Source: a virus
Lineage: Duplodnaviria > Caudoviricetes
Direction: 5' to 3' (one strand)
DNA length: 54,648 nucleotides
IMG/VR virus record: IMGVR_UViG_3300025433_000326
Coordinates: 1-54,648 of that record
Below, piece by piece: positions 45,700 through 52,010 of the stretch. Under the pieces are notes generated by a model, which saw only the letters and a list, made by a program, of their open reading frames with translations, was not told the DNA's origin and ran no database searches. Position numbers and translations under genes: made by a program. Within the stretch, counting starts at the first letter, position 1. Every line of letters starts with the position of its first letter.

Positions 45700-45749
45700 C
45701 TGGAGAGCGGTGGGACGTGGCCGGGCAAGCCCCGACGGGCTGTTGGTGG
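45700..45749 (-). repeat. conserved intergenic leader repeat (copy B)
   Basis: CACCAACAGCCC-GTCGGG-GCTTG-CCCGGC-CACGTCCCACCGCTCTCCAG. Confidence 0.8.
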
Positions 45750-45911
45750 TCAGTCGGTCCAACGGGCCCATTCATCGGGATCGGGGAAAGCCTCATCGTT
45801 TTCGCCAAACATGAGCACCCTGTTGTATGCAGCGATCTCGGCGGTGGTCAGGCCTTCATAGGGCTGTTTGCCCGCGGCGTAGTTGGCGTTCACTTTGTCT
45901 TTGGCGGTCAT
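45750..45911 (-). CDS. small hypothetical protein (53 aa)
   Basis: MTAKDKV...WTD, bounded by two leader repeats. Confidence 0.6.
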   Translation of the reverse strand: MTAKDKVNANYAAGKQPYEGLTTAEIAAYNRVLMFGENDEAFPDPDEWARWTD

Positions 45912-45914
45912 CAG

Positions 45915-45964
45915 CTGGGGAGCGGTGGGGCAAGTGCCAGACAAGCTCTGGCGGGCTGTTGGTG
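45915..45964 (-). repeat. conserved intergenic leader repeat (copy A)
   Basis: CACCAACAGCCC-GCCAGA-GCTTG-TCTGGC-ACTTGCCCCACCGCTCCCCAG. Confidence 0.8.
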
Positions 45965-46156
45965 TCAGGCAAAGCGGCCGGCCACGTTCCAATCAGGGTT
46001 TGGTTCGCCAGCCCTGCGGTAGTTTTCTTCAAACAGAGCATTCAGATTGCGAGCACCCAATCCTTGATGGCTTCGACAAATAAAGATTGCGCCTTCAATT
46101 GCGTGGTTGCTCATTGAATCAAGGTTGTAATCAAGGGCGATAAAAGCTGCGGGCAT
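45965..46156 (-). CDS. small hypothetical protein
   Basis: Preceded by the leader motif and an extended -10 promoter. Confidence 0.6.
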   Translation of the reverse strand: MPAAFIALDYNLDSMSNHAIEGAIFICRSHQGLGARNLNALFEENYRRAGEPNPDWNVAGRFA

Positions 46157-46200
46157 GGCTGGGGAGCGGTGGGGCGCGAAGGCCTCTCGCCTTCATTCAT

Positions 46201-46209
46201 ATTGTAGCA
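46201..46209 (-). promoter_or_regulatory. extended -10 promoter TGCTACAAT
   Basis: TGnTACAAT upstream of a hairpin and the leader motif. Confidence 0.6.
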
Positions 46210-46214
46210 CGTTG

Positions 46215-46463
46215 CTAACAGCAGGGATTATTCTCTTCCGCCCATTCCGCTGCCTCTTGCTCTGTCGCAAAAGGCCCAGCCCAGGTAACGATGCTGGCTT
46301 GCTCTCCCAACGGGCCGAGCGGGTGCCTGCGGAAAAAGCTGGCGCCTTGCTTCTGGATTGCTACCGCGTCAAGACCGTCCGCCAGGTCACCCCAGAAAAG
46401 GATGGCCGCTATCCAGCCATCAGGAGCAAGGCCTACATCTTCCGCCCAGCTGGCTTTGGTCAT
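46215..46463 (-). CDS. hypothetical protein
   Basis: ATGA-coupled; GPFATEQEA motif. Confidence 0.55.
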   Translation of the reverse strand: MTKASWAEDVGLAPDGWIAAILFWGDLADGLDAVAIQKQGASFFRRHPLGPLGEQASIVTWAGPFATEQEAAEWAEENNPCC

Positions 46464-46843
46464 CGCTGGAGGCCTTCGGCGGTGGACACCTGCCGGTCGA
46501 GCAGCTCCGCCAGAACAAGGTCGCCATCTTGTCTTGGTACGTTCTCCCAGCGGTGGCCTTCCATCCGCCAGAACACGATCAAGGGCATCGCGTCGCGCAT
46601 CGCCAGGATGTCTTCCAGCTTCATGTCCATCGACCAGTCAGTGACTGGTATCAGCAGCCGCCAGCCCGCCACTCCCCCGACAACGTGCTTCGCCAGGGAG
46701 GGCGAGCTGCAGGCCAGTTGGATTGGCCACCCGTAGACATCAACTCGATCGGGGAAAGTGCTGCAGCGAACGCCGATGATCACGCCGGGCTTTCCCCAAG
46801 CAACGGACGCGATCAGGGGCCTCTGAGATTTCAATGGCATCAC
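46460..46843 (-). CDS. hypothetical protein
   Basis: 127-aa ORF in the leftward island. Confidence 0.55.
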   Translation of the reverse strand: MMPLKSQRPLIASVAWGKPGVIIGVRCSTFPDRVDVYGWPIQLACSSPSLAKHVVGGVAGWRLLIPVTDWSMDMKLEDILAMRDAMPLIVFWRMEGHRWENVPRQDGDLVLAELLDRQVSTAEGLQR

Positions 46844-46870
46844 ACGGTTACCGACAATTTGGAGCGGCGC

Positions 46871-47236
46871 TCACGCCAACGCACTTCTGACCTGTCGCCG
46901 GCTGATGCCCAGGTGCCTTGAAATGCGGCGCTGGCTCCAGCCATCACTGAACAGCAGGGCTACGATCGAAACGGCCGAGTTTTGAACTGTCAAGCCTGGC
47001 TTGACAGTTGGAACCTCTGGCCCAACTACCGAGGATTCCTCGGCAGTTGAAATCTTGAGCCCAGTTGCCCCTGTGAGCGTGTGCGGGTGTGCCCAGGCAG
47101 CCAGCCAGTCGTTCAGCCTGTGGACGGCCTCGCCCAGGCTGTAGCCGGCGACGTAGGCCACCACAGCAACGGCGGCGATAGCGCGGATGGTCGCTTCAAT
47201 GCTTTGGCCCCAATCGGCCTTGATCATGTCTTTCAT
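46871..47236 (-). CDS. membrane-anchored protein with C-terminal HTH
   Basis: Hydrophobic segment; GWSQRRISRHLGISRRQVR; leader motif upstream. Confidence 0.65.
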   Translation of the reverse strand: MKDMIKADWGQSIEATIRAIAAVAVVAYVAGYSLGEAVHRLNDWLAAWAHPHTLTGATGLKISTAEESSVVGPEVPTVKPGLTVQNSAVSIVALLFSDGWSQRRISRHLGISRRQVRSALA

Positions 47237-47477
47237 TTCGCTGGGGAGCGGTGGGATTTGCCGGCGGCGCCTGTAGCGCGCTCAGCGGCCACACCATAGC
47301 CCAGAAAATGCGATCCGCCAGCTGCTGCTCACGTCATTTCCCGGCGGATCAGCGGCCGCGTTGTCGTTGGCCGCGTTTGGCCCTGGCGGGCCCCCTCGCG
47401 GCGGATCGCGTCCTGCTCTGCTGCGCTCAAACGCACATAGGCCGGCCGGCGCAAGGCAAAGCCGTCTTCTGCCAGAG

Positions 47478-47795
47478 TCAAAGCGCCTGCCCTTTCGAGG
47501 CCTGGTAGGCGCGCACCAGCTCCCGGCCGCACAACTCGGCGGTGGCGTTGGCGGCAAGCCGGCCGAAGTCTGGGTCACGGGTGGACGAGCCCCAGAGGCT
47601 GCGCACCCCGTCAACGCCCAGCACCATGGCCCGGGAGAAGGGGACGCCGGCTCGCAGCGCTTGGCAGGTCACAATGGCCGTGTGCCAGGCAGCCGTGACG
47701 GGATCAGCCTTGCTCACCGGCATCAGGCCAATGGCGGCACCAAGGCCCAAGGCGGTGAGGTTGATCAGGATCAGGGTCGAGGTGGATGGTTTCAT
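47478..47795 (-). CDS. small secreted hypothetical protein
   Basis: Signal-like N-terminus, two Cys; CTCCCCAGCGAA-ATG leader. Confidence 0.6.
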   Translation of the reverse strand: MKPSTSTLILINLTALGLGAAIGLMPVSKADPVTAAWHTAIVTCQALRAGVPFSRAMVLGVDGVRSLWGSSTRDPDFGRLAANATAELCGRELVRAYQASKGQAL

Positions 47796-47877
47796 TTCGC
47801 TGGGGAGGGACACGGCCGAAATTGTAGCCGCTTCCATAGCTCACGTGTATCATTCGTTGGCACTTGCCTGATTCGCA

Positions 47878-48141
47878 ATGAAACCCTCCAGCCCCGTCCT
47901 GCCTGATCTGTCGCGCCCCCAGCGGCGCATGGCCGAACCTCGCACCGCCTTCCCGCGCACCCGCCGCCGCACCCGCAGCCAGCAGCGGCCGGCCGCTTCC
48001 CCGGCCTTGCGCCAGAACTGGATTGGGATGGCGATCGTTGCCGGTTCAGCTGCTCTCACTATTGGTGGCCTGGTGGTGTTCAGCGGCATTCGCGACAGCC
48101 AGGCTTTGCGGTCGCCCGTACCCGCAGCGCTGCAGCCATAA
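47878..48141 (+). CDS. small membrane protein
   Basis: Basic N-terminus and one TM segment; TATCAT 30 nt upstream. Confidence 0.55.
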   Translation: MKPSSPVLPDLSRPQRRMAEPRTAFPRTRRRTRSQQRPAASPALRQNWIGMAIVAGSAALTIGGLVVFSGIRDSQALRSPVPAALQP

Positions 48142-48184
48142 AGGCGGGGAGGCTTAGCCTCGGAGCAGCACGTCACTTCCAGCC

Positions 48185-48454
48185 ATGACTATCGCTGATC
48201 GGCTCCACGCGGCCACCGGACTGAAGCGCTTCCTCGCCACCGTTGGCCCAATCGAAGCCGTTCAAGCAATGGAGGATGCGATCAAGCTGCTCCGGGAAAA
48301 GCCCAAGCTCTCGGCAGCTGAAATAGTGGAAGAGCTGGAGGCGATTGCCCTGGCGCCGCCGGCCGCCCCGAAGCCGCCCGCGCCGATCGCCCCCAAGCCC
48401 CCATCCAAGGCTGTGCAACCACTGAAAGAGAAGGCGCCGGATCCTCAGCCCTAG
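48185..48454 (+). CDS. hypothetical protein
   Basis: 89 aa with a Pro/Lys-rich tail. Confidence 0.55.
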   Translation: MTIADRLHAATGLKRFLATVGPIEAVQAMEDAIKLLREKPKLSAAEIVEELEAIALAPPAAPKPPAPIAPKPPSKAVQPLKEKAPDPQP

Positions 48455-48625
48455 ACTGAAGGCGGCTACGGCACCTACGACGAAGAAGGCCTGGAGATCA
48501 CCCCGCCGACCCGACTCAGCGGGTACTACGTGAACGTGCATGGCCGCCTTCCACCTGAGGCTGAGGCATTCCGCGTCCGCTATGGCATCGCTGGTTACTT
48601 GCTGGCTGGAGGCGTGAGCGAAGCC
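48455..48625 (+). pseudogene. startless remnant of a tail-associated-type gene
   Basis: GTYDEEGLEITPPTRLSGYYVNV in frame after the TAG of 48185..48454. Confidence 0.4.
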
Positions 48626-49045
48626 CTAGCGACCTATGAAAGTTCCAAGGAACAACCGAAACAGAATCACCCATCGGTTCCAAGGATGCTTAAAGCTGTG
48701 CTTGTATTTGGAAGCCGTGTAATAGCCTCTGTCTGATCGGATGCCTAGGATGTTGTCTATGTATTCTTTCTTGTATTCAAGAACGGTGTGATTGCCCCGG
48801 CGGCCATCCTCAACAATCGTGCAGTAGTGGAAGACAACATTCTTGCCGCCAAACAGTAGGTTGCGTAGGAACACTGAGAAGCGCTTGTCCGAGATAAGCC
48901 ACAGAATCGTGGCTATGTAGTCTTCACAATTACCCCTTGCCGACTCTTTCCGGGTATCAAGAATGTGCCACGGATCCAAGCCTGGCCTGTCAGGCCGATA
49001 CTGGAAAACCTTGTTCAGGGTGTAGGCGGCTTCCTGGAGGTGCAT
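48626..49045 (-). CDS. transglutaminase-like cysteine protease-fold protein
   Basis: GNCEDY, GNHTVL, YIDN (Cys-His-Asp); lower GC. Confidence 0.65.
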   Translation of the reverse strand: MHLQEAAYTLNKVFQYRPDRPGLDPWHILDTRKESARGNCEDYIATILWLISDKRFSVFLRNLLFGGKNVVFHYCTIVEDGRRGNHTVLEYKKEYIDNILGIRSDRGYYTASKYKHSFKHPWNRWVILFRLFLGTFIGR

Positions 49046-49150
49046 GGATCAGTGATCAGACGGTTCATTATCAGGTTATTGGCCCTTTCCCTGCAGCTTG
49101 ATCAGCCACGGAGCGGGCCCATACTGAGTTCAAGGCAAGACAAGTCAGAG

Positions 49151-49411
49151 ATGGATCGGCGGCAGGAGATGGTTCAGCTGGCCACCCAGCTCTTGATGGA
49201 GCAGATCAACCCGGTGCGGATTCTTTCAATGAGCGATGAGGGCGGGATCCCGTCCGGCACCTTCGAGAGCAACCGCCAGCAGTTCACCTTCAAGTTCACC
49301 CGCTCCGGCCTGGTCACGTACAAGCCCCAGCGGCAGGGATCTGCTGGCCGGGAAGACAGTGGGCTCTCTGATCGCTTGGCCCGGCTTCAGGATCGCTTGA
49401 GCTCGCTGTGA
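49151..49411 (+). CDS. head-region hypothetical protein
   Basis: ATG 49151; overlaps the next start. Confidence 0.6.
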   Translation: MDRRQEMVQLATQLLMEQINPVRILSMSDEGGIPSGTFESNRQQFTFKFTRSGLVTYKPQRQGSAGREDSGLSDRLARLQDRLSSL

Positions 49412-49806
49412 GCATGTTCTCCAGGATTGTCGCCGCAACAGTTGATCCGTTCGCTCGGCGGGCGGCCGCCACGTTCAGCGCTGAGGTGACCACCCAGGTG
49501 CGGGTCACCCTGGCGGTGGAGCTCCAGAATGCAGAGCTGCAACTGCAGCGAGCAGGCCAACGCCTGGGTGACCAGATCAGGATTGCCGCGGCCGGATCGT
49601 TGGGCCGATCGCTTGATCCATTGCGCGAAGAGCTGGCCAAGGTGTCGCGGGTAGCAGATGCCCTGGCCGTCTACGGGTTGGCGCGACCTGTGCCGCAGGA
49701 GAGTGAATCGCCGCATCAGCAGGCGGTGTTGCAGGCCCAGGCGGAGCAGGTCGAGGGCCGGCTGCTGCTGGTGGTTCCGCCTGGTGGCCAAGAGGTGGAT
49801 CGATGA
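49408..49806 (+). CDS. head-region hypothetical protein
   Basis: Coupled at both ends. Confidence 0.55.
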   Translation: MSMFSRIVAATVDPFARRAAATFSAEVTTQVRVTLAVELQNAELQLQRAGQRLGDQIRIAAAGSLGRSLDPLREELAKVSRVADALAVYGLARPVPQESESPHQQAVLQAQAEQVEGRLLLVVPPGGQEVDR

Positions 49807-52010
49807 AGAGCTCTGACGGCCTGCGGAATCGCCTGGCGGCCGTGGAAGCGTTGCTGCCAGTCCGGGACCACCCCGGTCCCAGCCCGGCCCCTCGATGGGA
49901 CCATGCCGATCAGGTGAGCTTGCTGGTGCAGCAAGTCATGGCGGAGGCCAGGCCCGGGGCGTTGGTGCTGGATTGGCAGCTGGCGCCGCGTGGCGTGGTG
50001 GCAGGGCGGATGGCTGTGGACGGCCTGCTCTACCGGTTTCGCTGCGATGCTGACGTGGTGGCGTTTCGCCCGGCGTGGGACGGGGTGAATGAGCGCAGCT
50101 GGGAGATCCGATCTGATTCGTTTCTGCAGCTTCGGGCCCCTGAACAGCGCCTGGATTTTCGTGGCGGCGCGGTGCGGGCGGGGAAGAAGTGCAGCGTTGG
50201 CTATGGCTGCGGGAACAAGTGCATCACGGTGCGGAAGGAGTGCCTGGTCAGGCCAGGCAGTGCGATCGGGAAGGGTCGCCTGAAGAGGCTGCTGGCCCTG
50301 GCTGCTGGAGGTGATAAAGCCGCGGCCGGCGCGGCCCAGCGGGTGACTGCCGGCCGTGGGTCCAAGGCGGCAGAGCTGCGTCAGGGGCGCAATGTGAAGC
50401 GGCTGGAGGCCTTGCTGCAGCGGCCTGAGATTGCCGAAATGGTGCGGACCGGCAAGGTGCCCGAGAGCAAGCCAAAAGCTGGCGCTGTGCGCGACCTGTC
50501 GCCGGATGAGATCGAGTTTGATCCTGCGCGCTTCCAATACAAGATCAAAGCGACAGCGACCACCGGGGAGGTGGGAAGCCTTTCGGGCGTGAAGAAGTGG
50601 GACCCGAACCTGGCGGGGGTGATCAGCGTCTGGCAGGACGCCGATGGGAAGACCTACGTGGTCAATGGTCACAACCGCCTGGCCCTGGCCCGCCGCCTGG
50701 GCGCCGAGGCGGTGACCGTGAGATACCTGGACGCCCCGACCGCGAAGGACGCCCGGGCGATCGGCGCCATGCAGAACATCGCCGAGGGCGCCGGCACACC
50801 AATGGACGCGGCGAAGTTTTTCCGGGATACCGGCATTCAAACGCCTGCTGACGTAGAGGCCCGTGGGTTGCCGCTTAACAGCGGCCAGGCGGATAAGGGC
50901 CTGCGGCTCAGCAAGCTGCCCGATGACGTGTTCAAGGCGGTGGTGGATGGTGATCTGAGCATCAACCGCGGGGCGATCATCGGCGGCTCTGGCCTGGAGG
51001 CAGGCAAGCAGCAGGAGATTTTCAAGATGGTCAGCAGCCGGCGGGGGATCACCGACAAGACCCTGAGCGAGCTGGTGGATCACGCCCGCATCAGCGAGCA
51101 GCAGACCCAGACCACCTTCGACCTGTTCGGTTCAAGCGAGGTGTCAAAGAGCAACCTGATCACCCGCGCCAAGCTCTCGGCAGGCCTGAAATCGAAGATC
51201 AGCCGAGAGAAGCGGCTATTTGGCACGGTCAGCAAGGCCCGATCAGCGGCCTCGTTGACGGAGAAAGCCGGGAACGTGATCAATCAGGAGGCCAGCAGCA
51301 GGGTGACCGCCGAAGCCGGGCAGGCGCTGCAGGTGTTCGAGCAACTCAAGAGCACCGCCGGCCCGATCAGCACCGCGCTGAACCGGGCAGCTGATCGGGT
51401 GGAAGCAGGAGAACCAGAGAGCGAAGTGCGCAAAGAGCTTGAATCTGACGTGTTCGCCGCGGTGGAGTTTGAGCTGGAGGCCGTTGGCCTGCGCCCGCGT
51501 AAAAGCGCCTTTGACCGGGCCGATGGCGATTCGGCCGACTATTACCGCAACAACCCAGAAGCAAGGGAGAAAAAGAATGCTCTGCAGCGAAAGATCAACC
51601 GCCGCCCAGATCGGCTTTGGACGGAGCGGCGGCGGCGCGGAATGGCTGGCCAAGGTGGCCCGGATCTGAGCCACACGGAAGATGATCGGCTGATCAAGGA
51701 AGACCCCAAAGCGAACCGGGCCCGTAATGGCCACGACGGCCGCAGCACCAAGCGGGCTGACAGCCTCCAGGAGCGGATTGATCGAGCGAAGGCAAAAGCG
51801 CCCCCTGGCCAGATGGGGCTGTTCGGTGCTGCCGGCGGCGGCAATGACATCCCCTGCGGGGCTTCGCACATCAGCCGGGCCAAGACTTGCCGGATTACGT
51901 CAGGAGCTCCGGCAGCACCGGCGCCAGCCGTGAAGGCTGAGAAGGCCGCGGCCACCACGGCCCCACCACCTTCTCCCCTGCAGCTTCCCGCTCCGCCAGC
52001 TCCAGGTTGA
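49803..52010 (+). CDS. modular protein: Cys motifs, ParB-like domain, degenerate HNH-like module
   Basis: KKC..G.GCG.KCI...KEC, DPARFQYK...YVVNGHNRLALA, GGPDLSH...ANRARN, CGASHIS..KTC. Confidence 0.75.
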   Translation: MKSSDGLRNRLAAVEALLPVRDHPGPSPAPRWDHADQVSLLVQQVMAEARPGALVLDWQLAPRGVVAGRMAVDGLLYRFRCDADVVAFRPAWDGVNERSWEIRSDSFLQLRAPEQRLDFRGGAVRAGKKCSVGYGCGNKCITVRKECLVRPGSAIGKGRLKRLLALAAGGDKAAAGAAQRVTAGRGSKAAELRQGRNVKRLEALLQRPEIAEMVRTGKVPESKPKAGAVRDLSPDEIEFDPARFQYKIKATATTGEVGSLSGVKKWDPNLAGVISVWQDADGKTYVVNGHNRLALARRLGAEAVTVRYLDAPTAKDARAIGAMQNIAEGAGTPMDAAKFFRDTGIQTPADVEARGLPLNSGQADKGLRLSKLPDDVFKAVVDGDLSINRGAIIGGSGLEAGKQQEIFKMVSSRRGITDKTLSELVDHARISEQQTQTTFDLFGSSEVSKSNLITRAKLSAGLKSKISREKRLFGTVSKARSAASLTEKAGNVINQEASSRVTAEAGQALQVFEQLKSTAGPISTALNRAADRVEAGEPESEVRKELESDVFAAVEFELEAVGLRPRKSAFDRADGDSADYYRNNPEAREKKNALQRKINRRPDRLWTERRRRGMAGQGGPDLSHTEDDRLIKEDPKANRARNGHDGRSTKRADSLQERIDRAKAKAPPGQMGLFGAAGGGNDIPCGASHISRAKTCRITSGAPAAPAPAVKAEKAAATTAPPPSPLQLPAPPAPG

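Noticed and set aside
45700-45964. Leader repeats as attC sites
   Set aside because: They contain AAC but lack a matching GTT R' box and the long imperfect stem with extrahelical bases.
48626-49045. Additional attC cassette around the transglutaminase-like gene (PAS and Type IIL gene ends also checked)
   Set aside because: No AAC...GTT attC-like hairpin was seen at these gene ends by eye.
49716-51083. 455-aa minus-strand ORF
   Set aside because: Antisense to the ParB-like gene in high-GC DNA, with no recognisable motifs.
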